A stretch of 64,000 nt of DNA from Scyliorhinus canicula (Eukaryota), in NCBI RefSeq assembly GCF_902713615.1, contig NC_052152.1, forward strand, positions 85,821,228-85,885,227, read 5' to 3'. The notes under the pieces are model-generated. The model worked only from the letters and a program-made list of their open reading frames with translations. It ran no database searches and was not told where the DNA came from. Shown here piece by piece: positions 35,362 through 47,639 of this stretch. The translations under genes were made by a program, and so were the position numbers. Every line of letters starts with the position of its first letter. The first letter of the stretch is position 1.

Positions 35362-36061
35362 ATAGAATAATAGAATTTACAGTGCAGAAGGAGGCTATTC
35401 AGCCCATCGAGTCTGCACCGACCCTTGGAAGGAGCACCCTATCTAAGCCCCAAGCCGCCAACCTGTCCCCTTGATCCCCATAACCCAGTAACCCCACCTT
35501 ACCTTTTTGGACACTAAGGACAATTTAGAATGGCCAATCCACCTAACCTGCAAGCCTTTGGACTGTGGGAGGAAACCGGAGCACCCGGAGGAAACCCACG
35601 CGGAAACCCATGGGGAAACGTGCAGACTCCACACAGCGCCGGCCCTAGGGTTGCTGGCGCCCCAGGCAAGCTGAACTTCGGCGCCCTTGGGGGGGAGGGG
35701 GGGCAGGGGGGGGGCTGGCTGGGGGCGGGGGCGGAGATGGGGGGTGGGGCCGAGAGGGGGGGCCCGGCGGACCGGGGGGGGGCGGGGGGACGGACCCGCG
35801 GGGGGGGGGCGGACCGAGGGGGGGCCGCCCTGGGGGAGGGCGGCCACCGCGCATGCACTGGTTGGCACCGGCCCAACTGCGCATGCGCGGGACCCGAGTC
35901 TCTGGCGCCCCCTAGCACATGGCGCCCCGGGCGACTGCCCGAGTTGCCGGTGCCTTGAGCCGGCCCTGACTCCACATAGACAGTGTCCAAGCCAGGAATC
36001 GAACCTGGGACTCTGGAGCTGTGAGGCAACAGCGCTACCCACTGTGCTACCGTGCTGCCCA
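35362..36061 (-). mobile_element. HE1-like SINE inserted into the NAP1L1 acidic tail
   Basis: Reverse-complement SINE head at about 36060 and tail at about 35365; split by a MITE. Confidence 0.9.
35634..35968. mobile_element. hAT-type MITE (335 bp) inserted in the SINE
   Basis: TIRs CAGCGCCGGC / GCCGGCCCTG; perfect 8-bp TSD ACTCCACA at 35626-35633 and 35969-35976. Confidence 0.9.
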
Positions 36062-36839
36062 CTATCTGCATCATCATCTGCAATGGCTTCTCCTGTAAAG
36101 TATGACATTGCTTGTGGAATTATGTGTTCATGCAAGAAATGACCAATTTCAAAGTCAGCAGCAAGTCTTGCTGCAGAACATTCATCCAGCTCTCCATGCT
36201 CTGGAACTTCAGGAAGACTGAAGAAATTGAAGAGTTATTTGGTACAGTTTTTGTTACTGTTCTACTAGTGCCCCGACCCTTATGCTCCCGCTTCATTTCA
36301 ATGGTTTTCAATGTGACGGTTTTTCCTTTCTACAGTCGATCTGGCACCCTGTGCAAGCCGTGATTTCTGGTTCATCAAAGAATAAAAAGTCTAACTTGTC
36401 AGGCTGCGACTCCACCTGGTACGTTTTTGTGACTAACTCATTTGTGAAATACTCATTTGGCTCAAACGTAAACTCCAGAGTAAAGGTCATTGGCTGTCCT
36501 GATGCTGAACATTTTACATTTACATCTTGTAGATGCTTTAGGACAGCTCATCATACTCCTGTATCATGCTTCTGAGCAAATTCACATTTTTAAAGACTGT
36601 TAAACAGAATTATGGAATTCCATTTGGTTCCCCCAGCTCTTCATTTGGTTTATCTTCTTCCACTTTAACTTTTGCTTGTATCTCATCAGATAACTGCGCC
36701 ATTATATCTCATTGCCAGTCGCCATGATCCTGTTATTTTGCTGGTAGGGTCAGCTGGGTTTCGAACAGTCGTGCCAGATTGGCTTCAGCAGTCACAGGAT
36801 GTGGAATTTTACGCTTGTTGAAGAGACCAGAGAGTGTCT

Positions 36840-38071
36840 GGGATGTATAACCGCTCAACTAGGTTCAGGGCCTCACGTGCGTCTACTTGTATGATGGACT
36901 TGTGTTCCGTGTCCACAATCGAAAATGGTACGATGTGTCTTCTTTTGTGTACCCATGCTTTGAGCTCACATGCTCCCAGCATCGCAATTTCATTCCCATT
37001 GTAGTCGTTCAGCAGTCTTGTTTGATTGACGACTTTCGGTTTAACTCGCAGCCCATTTCAAATCAGACAAACTGAGGAGGTTGGCCCTTGCTCCCATGTC
37101 GAGTTTGCATTTGATCAATGTGTCATTCAGCATCACTGGAATTGTCCATCTGTCTTAGATTGTATCAGCATCATCATCACTATTACAGCAACTGGTCAGT
37201 AAGACTTTTCCACTTTTCATATTCAGACTCATCAAGACCTAAGTCAGAATTAGATAAATAAAAAACAGGTCTTCAATGCACGTCTCATTAATTGCATTGA
37301 CTAACCCTGTCTGGTCCACTATTGGATACGAAAAATATTGCTTCACAAAGTTATTTGTACAGACAAACTGGACATTGTGTTGGCCCATGTCGATTGCCAC
37401 ATCGCTGGCATAAAATGGTGGATCCAGTCAGCTTAAAATGGCAGCCCACACTGAGACTACGCATTTTATTCAACTGCACCACGGTGCTGATGGCACTGGC
37501 GTTTACTTTCAGATTGGCGCCAAAATGTTTCAGGTTGAGCGTACTAATCGGCTGTGCAACTAGCTCGCTTGCATGTCAAATCTTGATAATGTTTACTAAT
37601 TTCAGGTTGTCTTCTTCCCTCAATAACCTCTCACATACTTTATCATTCAATATCCTGAATACTATCTGGTTGTGGATCATGCATGAATTTTAAGTACTAA
37701 AATTGCACGACTGCGCCTTCAACCGCAAGTCGGTTAAAAAGCTATCAAAAGATTTGCCTGCTTTTTGGGTACGTGTATGAAATATATAACGTTCAAATAT
37801 TTGATTTTTCTGAGGAGAGCAATGCCAATCAAAGTACTTTATTACTTCATCGAAGCTCTTGCTTTCTTCTTTGCTGTTGAACGCGAAGGTGTTGTATATT
37901 TCTATTGCTTGCGGACCTGCTACTGTGAGCAGCAACGCAATACGCCTCTCATCAGACTGTGTCTGCAGGCCAAGGGCTGCAACATAGAGTCTGAATTGCT
38001 GCTTGAAAATGTGCCAATTTTCATATGCGGTACCCCTTACTGGAAGTGGTGGGTGCCTTCAAACCTTCCAT
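36840..38071 (-). pseudogene. Mag-like gag plus aspartic protease, decayed
   Basis: Gag NWHIFKQQF..LLLTVAGPQAIEIYNTF..FERYIFHTRTQ and knuckle CQRCGNRH...C; PR KLDMGARANLL (DTG degenerate), DYNGNEIAMLGACEL, FSIVD...ALNLVERL. Confidence 0.82.
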
Positions 38072-38704
38072 CTCTAACTTCACAGTCTTTCTATGTGTTG
38101 AGTTCCGATTGCCCGTAATTCACCAGATAGGCAGAAGAATTTTCTTTTTTCCCTCTTCAGCCTGTTCCATCCTCCTTGATCCTTTGTTATGTTTAATTGT
38201 TCTGCACCCCTGGTACCATGTTGTGTTCTGTGTTATGGCCATGGTAATGATGTACACAGAACATCTAGTTCTTTAACTAGAAAGATGATTTATTAACTAA
38301 CTCATGGGATGATAACTAACAAGCTATAATACAGAAAATAACTAATAAATCAATTCAGTGAATTCTCCTGGAGCTACTCCTAAGTGCGACCAACCTCTTG
38401 TATGACTTACTACCAGCTGGCGAGTGTGTTGAGTCACATGATAGATCTCTATCGCCCCCCAGCTGGTTGGAGGTCGCATCTCTAACTACAGAACTGTGCA
38501 CAGGCATATCACCACAATCATGTGATCCTACCTCAATAACCCTTTAACCATTGCTGGGAACTGCAGCATATACAATAACACTAATACCACAATGATTTAT
38601 TTGGGAAGGTTCCCTTTGCTTTTGTTGGGACTTTTTATGCTTATCTTGTGCTTTTTAAAATTTGACTGAACCATGTATCTTTCCTTGGAACTACCAGATC
38701 ATTT

Positions 38705-41400
38705 GTACAAGTCAGGATGGTGCATGGTGTGGAGGGGAACTTTGAGGTGTTCCCATGGATCTACTACCCTTGTCCTTTTAGGTGGTAGAGGTCACGGGTT
38801 TGGAAGGTGCTGTTGAAGAAGCCTTGGTGAGTTGCTGCAATGAATATTGTATCCACTGCTGCCACAGTATGTCATTGGTAGAGGGAGTGTATGTTTAAAG
38901 TGGTGAATGGGATGCCGGTCAAGTGGACTGCTTTGTCCTGGATGCTCTCAAACATCTTGAATGCAGTTGGAAACACACTAATCCAGGCATCCACCACTCC
39001 TGACTTGTGCCTTCTAGATGGTGGACAGGCTTTGGAGAGTCAGCAGGTGAATTATTATCACAGAATTCCCAATGTCTGACCAGCTCGTCTGGGCACACTA
39101 TTTATATGGCCAGTCTTGTTCAGTTTCAAGTCAATGGTAACCTCCATGATGTTGATAGTGGGTGGTTCTGCAATAGCAATGCTGTTGAATGTGAATGTCA
39201 AGGGAAGGTGGTTCTCTCTTGTTGAAATGATCAATACCTGGCACTTCTGTGGTACGAATATTACTTGCCACATCAGCCCAAGCCTGAATATAGTCCAGGT
39301 CTTGCTGTCAGATGTATATGGACTGCTCCAGTATGTGAGAAATCACAAATCACCAATACTGACCACAAATGGTAATAACATTATGCAATCACCTGCGAAC
39401 ATCAGCACTTCTGACCTAATATTGGAGGCAAGGTTATTGTTGAAGCAGCTGAAGATGGTTGAGCCTAACTACCCTGAGGAACTCCTGCAGCGATGTCCTG
39501 AGGCTGGGATGTTTGGGATCCAAAACCAAAACCTTATTTCTTTGTGCTAGGTATGAATGATTGGACAGTATATACCCTGTTTTCCTGGGTTCCTTGATGC
39601 CGTACTCTGTCAAATGCTGCCTTGATGTCAAGGGCAGTCACTCGCTGCCCACCTTTTTAGTTCAGCTCTTTTGTTCATGTTTGAGCCAAAGCTATAATGA
39701 GATAAGGTGATGAGTGCTCTAGCAGAAGCCATGCTGAGTGCCAGTCAGCAGGTTATTGCCGAGTAAGTGTTGCTTATAAGGATTGTCGATGCCACCTTCC
39801 ATCATTTTCATGATTGAGAGTATACTGATTGGTGATAACTGGCCGGATTGGATTTTCCCTGTTTTTTGTGAACAGGACATACTTGGACAATGTGTAACAT
39901 TGTCATGTGTTGTCGCTGTATTGGAACGGCTTGGCTAGGGGTGTAACTGGCTCTGGAACCTCTGTCCCACTGAAATGGATTAACCATTTCTGGCAGAAGG
40001 TGTTTGCCAATGCATCAAATGTTTGTACTGACATGCTAGGCTCATGAGGATGGTGATGTTTTGGGAATCTCTACCTCTAGTTAATGTTTGATTGTCCACC
40101 ACCATTCATAACTGGATGTGACAGGATTGCAGACCTTTGATCTGATCCATTGGTTGTGGGACCACTTAGCTTAGCTCTATCTATTGCATATTGCTTCCGC
40201 TGTTTGGCATGCATATAGTCCTGTGTCCTAGCTTCACCAGGTTAGCAACACATTTTTTGGGTGGACCTGATGCTGCTTCTTGCATGCACCCTGCCCTCCT
40301 CCGTGAAATAGGGTTGATGGTAATGGCAGAATGATGGAAATGCAGTCCGTGAGATTAAAGTTTGTGGTTGAATGCAATGTTGTTAATGCTGATGATTCAC
40401 TGCCTCCATTTTGAGCTGTTTAATCTGTTCTGAATCCATCCCATTGAGCACTGTGATAGTAACACATGATATGATGAATGGTTTCTTGAGTGTGAAGATC
40501 GGACTTTGTCTCCAAGGACTATACAGTGGTCACTTACCAGTACTGCCATGGAAAGATGCATCTGCAAAAGATAGATTGGTGAGGGCATGATTTTCTCTCT
40601 TGGTGGTTCCCTCAATACCTGCGGCAGGCCCAACTGGACAGGAATGTCCTTGAGTACTTGGCCAGCTCAGTTAATCGTGAGCGACTCAGGCACTCTTAGT
40701 GATAGACATTTGAAATCTTCCACTCAGAGTACATTCTGTGCGCTTGCCACCTTCCGTGCTTCCAAGTGCTGTTCAACATGAAGGAGCACTGATTCGGTGG
40801 GTGGTAATGAGCAAGAGTTTCCCTTGTCTATGTTTGGAGTACTGATTCGGTGGGTGGTAATGAGCAAGAGTTTCCCTTGTCTATGTTTGGAGTACTGATT
40901 CGGTAGGTGGTAATGAGCAAGAGTTTCCCTTGTCCATGTTTGACTGATGCCATGAGATTTCTTGGAGTCCAGAGTCAATGCTGAGGATTCCCGAGAAAAC
41001 TCCATCCCCACTGTATACCATAGTGCCACCGCCCAGGCTGATTCAGTCTTGCCAGTGGAATAGGACTGACCCAGAGATGGTGATGGAGGAGTCTGGGACT
41101 TTGTAAGTTATGATTCGGTCACTATGATGGTATCAGGCTGTTACTTGACTAATCTGCGAGGCAGGTCCCCAAACTTTGGCTCAAATTTCCAGATGTTAGT
41201 GAGGAGGGCTCTGGAGGGACTGGGCATGTTTTGCCGTTGTCATTTCTGGTGCAGCAGATTGTTGCTGGTCAGTTCACCGATTTTAATTCTTTTTTGACTT
41301 TTCTGCAGCAGTTCAGTACAACACGCAGAGTGACTTGTGGGCTATTTCAGACGGCAGTTCAGAGTCTGCCACATTGGTGTTTATGACAATCCAATAGTTT
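38705..41400 (-). mobile_element. Decayed CR1/L2-group LINE (EN plus RT), same family as 1920-2830
   Basis: Minus-strand LDIKAAFDRV, WQVIFVPQKCQVLIIS and LLLITTH...VLLHVEQHLE..RKVASAQNVL. Confidence 0.8.
40788..40941. repeat. 53-bp tandem repeat, 3 copies
   Basis: ACTGATTCGGTGGGTGGTAATGAGCAAGAGTTTCCCTTGTCTATGTTTGGAGT at 40788, 40841 and 40894. Confidence 0.92.
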
Positions 41401-41785
41401 CACGGTCATCATTGATGAGATTAATTTATAATTTCAGCTACCACGGTGAGATTTGAAGCTTTTCACAGTAACTTCATTGAAGCCTACTCGTGACAATAAG
41501 CGATTTTCATTTCATTTCATGTCCTCAGTGTATTAGCCTGGGCCTCTAGACAGTAGTCGAGTGACATTACAACTGGGCCATATTCCCCCTGTTGTGCAGA
41601 CAATGGGGCAAACCCAATTATATCCTTTTGGTCCATTAAAATTGGCCCAACTCAGCAACATCCTTTGCTCATTGGGCACCATGCATGGTACATCTTCTTG
41701 ACTCACGCATTGAGGTTCACTCACTAGATTAAAATTGAAGTGATCTATGTGCTCAGTGCACTGCATACACCATATTGAAAACATT

Positions 41786-41944
41786 GGGCGGGATTCTCAG
41801 GCCCCCAGCCGCGTGTTTCTCGGTGGCAGCCATTCGCTGGCAGTGGAATTTCCCATTGTAAACACCCCACACCGGCGGCAAACCCATGGATGGGGGTGCT
41901 GCCAGCGGAAAAGGTGAATTGGAACGACTGGAGAATTCTGGCCC
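41786..41944. mobile_element. Short MITE
   Basis: GGGCGGGATTCTC ... GAGAATTCTGGCCC inverted termini; related to 56997-57194 and 62403-62593. Confidence 0.6.
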
Positions 41945-42008
41945 TTGTGCGTCCAGGGGGTGATTTATTTGACACCTCACAGTTCTTCAGTAACCGCTTG
42001 TTGCTTTT

Positions 42009-42345
42009 ATAGAATAGAATAGAATAGAATAGAACAGTACAGCACAGAACAGGCCCTTCGGCCCTCGATGTTGTGCCGAGCAATGATCACCCTACTTAAA
42101 CCCACATACCCGTAACCCAACAATCCCCCCATTAACCTTACACTACGGGCAATTTAGCGTGGCCAATCCACCTAACCCGCACATCTTTGGACTGTGGGAG
42201 GAAACCGGAGCACCCGGAGGAAACCCACGCACACACGGGGAGGACGTTCAGACTCCACACAGACAGTGACCCAGCCGGGAATCGAACCTGGGACCCTGGA
42301 GCTGTGAAGCATTGATGCTAACCACCATGCTACCGTGAGGCCCCG
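42009..42345 (-). mobile_element. HE1-like SINE with (TTCTA)n tail
   Basis: Reverse-complement SINE; (ATAGA)n run at 42009-42033. Confidence 0.9.
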
Positions 42346-43232
42346 TGAGGCTTTTAAATTTGTCCTGTAACGGAGACAAACAACAGCAAGAAAATTTTAC
42401 CCCTGACAATGTTTTGGTGATCATGCTACAGGAGATCTTACACGGAAATAATGGATCATTTTGGAGGTGAGGACAAAGCAGCAGAGGATGAAGGCTCGAG
42501 AGAGAGAGAGGGCGAGAATGTGAATCTTTTCTCATTTGTATCACCAGTGTTCAGCAGGTGAAATATCCATTTTCTGGGCTGTTCAAAAGTGTCCAACATC
42601 TGTGTAAAACTGAGCAACACCAGCGCTGACGTACAGTACATCAGAGTGTATTTCACAAAAAGACTGGTGCAGCACACAATGGGAGAAAGCCCAACACCTT
42701 TTCAATTGTCTCTGTGTTTTCAAACTTCTCTACTTCCTGTACACTGTCATCACAACTCGGATTCCCTACAATCCGGGGTTGGCCAGGAGTCTCCAGGAAT
42801 TAAAGATCAGTTTCCCAGGACACTGCTCTGTGCAGCCCCGGAGAAAAATTGAACATTAAAAATTATTTTTGTTTGTCATTTTCTCCAAGTATTTCTCTTT
42901 ACCAGGTGTAAAAACTATTGAAAATGGGGTGTGGGTATGGGTACGGGGGTGGGTGCCGGGGTGGGGTGGGAGCTGTTTGGCTCACGTAATGGGTAATGAG
43001 TCTGTGTGCTTTCCAATTGGCGGAGGAAGGTAGTGTGTCACAAAGATGGACGTGTTGGCCGACTCATGGCTGGGGCGTGGGGGGCTAGTTGTGTGATGAA
43101 ACCCCCAGGAGTACATTTAATCACAAGTTGGCAACTCTATCACACCATAACAGAAAATGGTGTAATGTTGGAATTTATCCTGTACCTCATTAAGTATGGT
43201 AATTAACAGGCACACCAGATGAGGTGCCAGCA

Positions 43233-43468
43233 TGTGATGAACGGTATTAATAACTGCCGTAAATGGTACCTGACCTTTAATACCTTGCCCCTTTAAGAGG
43301 CTTGGAACCCTGGGGGACTCCGCCTCTGGCTACACCCCCAGGAAACGGTATATAGGATAAGGCTCCATGTGGTGAGCACACTTCTCTCTCGGATGCTGTT
43401 CAGTTCTCTGTAGATTAAAGCCTTTTGATTACCGACCTCGCTCTCGCGTCGTAATTGAGGATGCCTCA
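43233..43468 (+). mobile_element. Solo LTR
   Basis: TG...CA ends, perfect 5-bp TSD CAGCA, TATATA and ATTAAA. Confidence 0.8.
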
Positions 43469-43583
43469 CAGCATAAGGTAACCAAGTATTGCATATTCAC
43501 ACAGTGACATGAAGGATTTGATGGCCCGAGCATCGTGATGATACATGTTCCCTCTATGAAATATAATGCAATATTTCAATGAT

Positions 43584-43876
43584 AAAGTAAAGTAATCTTT
43601 ATTGTCACAAGTAGGCTTACATTAACACTGCAATGAAGCTATTGTGAAAAGTCCCTTCTGGTGCCTGTTCGGATACACAGAGGAAGAATTCAGAATGTCC
43701 AATTCACCTAACAGCAGGTCTTTCGGGACTTGTGGGAGGAAACCGGAGCACCCGGAGGAAATCCACGCAGACATAGGGAGAACGTGCAGACTCTGCACAG
43801 ACAGTGACCCAAGCTGGGAATTGAACCTGGGACCCTGGAGCTGTGAAGCAATAATGCTACCCACTGTGCTACCAGT
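43584..43876 (-). mobile_element. tRNA-derived SINE with a different 3' tail
   Basis: SINE head and core on the minus strand; the tail CCTACTTGTGACAATAAAG(TTACT)n differs from the CR1-type tail. Confidence 0.8.
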
Positions 43877-44488
43877 CATGCAACAATTCCATTCATTTGA
43901 GCTCAGCAGGGGTTGTTGTCAAATGCTTCTGATTTCTTGTCAGTTACCATTTCTCAAGCCAGTCTCAAATTCGACAGTATTCCTGTCAGACCCCCAGGCA
44001 AGAGTTCCATCTACACATCAAGCAGCTTTTTAAGAGCTACAGGTGCCATGCCCTGGACCTGTAATGCTTTCAATATGTTTTCTGCAGTATACTGAGTGAA
44101 TAGATCATATTTATTCTAATTTAATGAGCTGACCTCAGGAGTGAGAGATCAGTAAGATGTACTAGGCAAGCATGGTGCCCAAAGAGCAATCATAAATGTA
44201 ATTGGGAAACATACTGAAATCTAGTTGAGATAAGTAATTTCTAAATGGTAATTTATTTTAAGGAATTACAATATTTGCATTGCAAAACATGAGCAGTATA
44301 ATTATGACTGATATCCTTGCAATTTTAATAGTGTTCAGCGTGACGCCTGCTACATACTGAACCCACTCGGTACCGGAGAGGAAATAGCCAGGGTGAGCAT
44401 CACAAGGGATTCCTTGAAGCTGGCCTAGAAGCAATAAAAAAAATGACAGGACGAGGCAGCTTTGTAGCTTCAGTTTTACCTTGAGCCA

Positions 44489-44792
44489 TGTGGTGAATCA
44501 TAATCCTAGTAATTCACACTATGTTGTATTGTATGAGTTGTGTCTCTGTAAGCTCGGTATACGAGCAGTTGCACGGCTCTGCCCATAGGGGGAGATTAGA
44601 AGTTTGTACTGGGCTCCACCCTTGGCTCCGCCCATGGCTCTGCCCATGGCTCCTCCCACTAACCGGAAGTATAAAGATCTGCAGTTGTGAGCCTGCTGCC
44701 AGTTCATCTCGTCGCAGGCAGGCTCAGTTGTAAGACTATTAAGACCACTGTTCACTTCCAATCACGTGTCTTGTGAATTGATGGTCTCATCA
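44489..44792 (+). mobile_element. Solo LTR
   Basis: TG...CA ends, perfect 5-bp TSD AGCCA, GGCTCCGCCC-type repeats upstream of TATAAA. Confidence 0.8.
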
Positions 44793-46469
44793 AGCCAAAC
44801 ATTCTGAGGAGTAGCAACACCATCGATTGCTACTTCATTCCTATTCAATTACCCTGCACTGGAAATCCACATTTATTGCTCAGACCTCTGAACCGGGCCT
44901 TCTGAGAAAGGTGTAGTGTACCCACTCCTGGAGTCCATCTTGGGTAGTGCAGAAAAATCAAGGAAGGCCATGGCATACGGCAGCCAAGGCATAAGGTAAT
45001 GTGCCAAAACCACTTTGATAAGCTATGGAGAGAAAGTAAGTGTGTAAGGTAAGTGAATAAGTGGCCTGTAATTGGTGAGATAGGTGGGATAATAGGGGAA
45101 TGGTGTGTAGTCGGGAGGTCAGGACAGGGTAGGGTGGTGGAGCGAGTACTTGGGGGTGGGTATAGTTGGGGGGTCAGGGGGATGGTCAGAGGTATAGTCG
45201 GGGGTGTGTGGGGTGGGGGGAGAGTGTGGGAAAGAACCTTGGTTGTAGTTGGAGGAACAAGTAGATGGTGGGTGGGGGACGTGGTGGGGCTGGTTGGGGA
45301 AGAGATTCGGGAAGTAGTCAGTCATACAGTTACCCAGAAATTAGAACTATCTCTAATTCTTCTAACTCTTATTGGGTAACTATTCTGCTAAGTAAGTTGG
45401 AACCATTCAAATCAGAGTTTTGTAGGATTCCAGATGCAGGCAAATTTCCCGCCGGAAGTTGAAACTTGCAGAGTCCTGTGTTTGGACTTCTGAGGGAATT
45501 CTCGCGTGTATCTTCCGGGGTATCTCTGAGGTACAACCATTTGGAAACTGGAAGATCGGGGCCACATCGAACACACAATCGCTCTTCTGCCCAGTGTTTA
45601 TAATCCTCTGCCTCTTTTTGTTGATGCTCTCCACTGCTTCCTTACCCCTTTCTGAAATTGGCTTATCTGTCCTTACCTTGCCACTAGATTTCCCAGCTTG
45701 CCAAAGGATCAAGCTACATATCAGGACCAGAAAAATTGTTGCGCAGCCTACCACAGAATGCAAATGGCCACCGAACCATCAAAATTGTTCAGTCCTCTCA
45801 TTGGCAACATGGAGAGAGCATTCTGATTGCTGTACTCTTCACTAGCCTGATAATGCAGATGATGAAAAAAGACTTGGTGGGTCAGACTGATTTTTTTTTA
45901 AATTTAAAGTTCTTCACTCAGGTATTTAAGTTACAAATTCCAGAATGCTCTCAGCCTGGAGCCTGTCACTTTTCTGGGTGAATGTACAGTTTGTCTAGAG
46001 ACAAGAGAATGCTCTTCTCGTGACGGCCTCAAGTGATCCTTCTGACCTTTACAGACAGAACTTGACAGTATATTTCGGTCAAATGCAAATGTTAAATTAA
46101 TGGCAGGAGCAATATCTTTCGCAGCAGTCAATTCTCCAGCTAAAAATAGCAAAGACGTGTAAACTGTTATGCTCAAGAATGTTAAAGTATGGGTGGCAAC
46201 TCTTATTCTTTTCACCCAATCTACAGAAGCTGTGTAGTCTGATTATCTCTTTTTGAAGGTTTCAGACATTCTACAATAAACTTTTCACTGCTTCTCGTTT
46301 ACACCATGAAGCCAACACTGAGAACATAGCATGCCTGAACATCTCACAGTTTGTACACAGAGTCAACCATGACAGCCACATCACTCAATCAGATTGCACA
46401 ACATATACTTACACACTTCAATCTTTCTTCTGGAACAAGATGACAAAAAAAACATCTTTAAAGCTTCAG

Positions 46470-46819
46470 CACGCATGGTACCATGTTGTGTTTGGTCCTT
46501 TGCACTTTATGAAGTAACTCACCAAGGACTTTGAGATGTCCAAACCAGGATCCTTTTATTGTGTCTCGTGTGGTAAGATGGCAATCTGATACAGAGCACG
46601 TTATCATGGAGCCTTGCTACTCCTCTTGAACTTACACCTAGCTCTGACCAATTACATGTACGTCTTATTAACCTCTCAATCTTCTTCTGAAGATGGCCGG
46701 ATGTGTCTCCCTTTATATCTGGGTCACAGATCACATGACCTTGGTCTGGAGACCGCATGGTGTGTCTGTACCACCACCTGTTATTTGGAGGTTGCACACC
46801 ATCTATGATATCGGCCACA
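46470..46819 (-). mobile_element. LTR (46484-46819) with adjacent TGGTACCA PBS; partner LTR not seen
   Basis: Plus-strand TGGTACCA|TGTTGTGT junction identical to that at 38211-38226; the LTR ends in CCACA. Confidence 0.55.
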
Positions 46820-47639
46820 GGCAAATCACAACTTACCCCACCTTGAGGAAGTTCATCAGGGCCCAAACTACCCCGATTCCAGGCCCACCCAAGATGGCAG
46901 CCCCACACCCGTCCATAAATAAAGAAACCTTCATAGCCAGTCCCCCCCCCCCCCCTCCCCCCCAACCGGCACCTATCCAATAACCCTTCCCCATTCCCCC
47001 TGCAAACGTCTAACAACCTACCCAACTCCAAAATGCACCCTTCCTCCATTCCTCCCACACCCCAAACAAAGGAAACCCAACCAACCTAGGCTCGTTACCT
47101 TACCCCACAAACAAAGCCATCACCGCCCCCCCCCCCCCCCCCCCCCCCCACACCCCTCCCAGGTAACTAGCCGCAACCCTCTCTCCCACTCTGCTCCCAC
47201 TAACTAGCTTATCTGCTAGCTACTGACCCCCACTTGGGGAACAAGGAAAAACAAACACCCCCCTTTCCCAATCCTACGTTGAATATCCAACATTCTGGGA
47301 AGAAATAACCCGCAATCTCCTTCCTGAAAATAAAAAAAACCCTTACTGCCATTAAAAAGACAAAATTCAATACAGAAACACAGAAAAAGGCAGGATACAT
47401 GAACATGTAAAGTTCAAAATTCCATGACATCCAACAACTACAATCAGATCTCTCCCACTCTCATTGCTCCCTTGCAACGCCGAGGACCGGGTTCAATCCC
47501 AGCCCCATGTCACAGTCCATGTGGAGTGTGCACATTCTCCTCCTGTCTGCATGGGTTTCACCCTCATAACCCAAAGATGTACAAAGTAGGTGGATTGGCC
47601 ATGTTAAATTGCCCCTTAATTAGAAATTCTTTTTTTAAT

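Larger units (their letters stand above)
35245..36720 (-). pseudogene. NAP1L1: Intronless nucleosome assembly protein 1-like 1 (NAP1L1-like) domain with acidic tail; interrupted by a SINE and MITE
   Basis: GIP*FCLTVFKNV, LKHLQDV, GQPMTFTLEFTFEPNEYFTNELVTKTY, PEITACTGCQID, VTLKTIEMKREHKGRGTSRTVTKTV, PEVPE, LAADFEIGHFLHEHIIP..YFTGEAIADDD; colinear with vertebrate NAP1L1 and without introns. Confidence 0.9.
32333..38516 (-). mobile_element. Non-autonomous Mag-like Gypsy LTR element carrying gag-PR and a captured NAP1L1 domain
   Basis: Similar LTRs 32333-32621 and 38219-38516 (TG..CA); PBS TGGTACCAGGGGTG (tRNA-Leu-UAA-like, 38218-38205); PPT GAGAAAGGGGGA (32633-32622). No clear TSD. Confidence 0.85.

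Noticed and set aside
35443-36142. Pro/Gly-rich 140-230 aa ORFs
   Set aside because: Readthrough into SINE and GC-rich MITE sequence; only the first 25 or so residues of 35443-36135 are NAP1L1-derived.
42452-42560. Possible host exon MDHFGGEDKAAEDEGSREREGENVNLFSFVSPVFS followed by GTGAAA
   Set aside because: No recognisable homology, weak donor site and no partner exons; needs RNA-seq.
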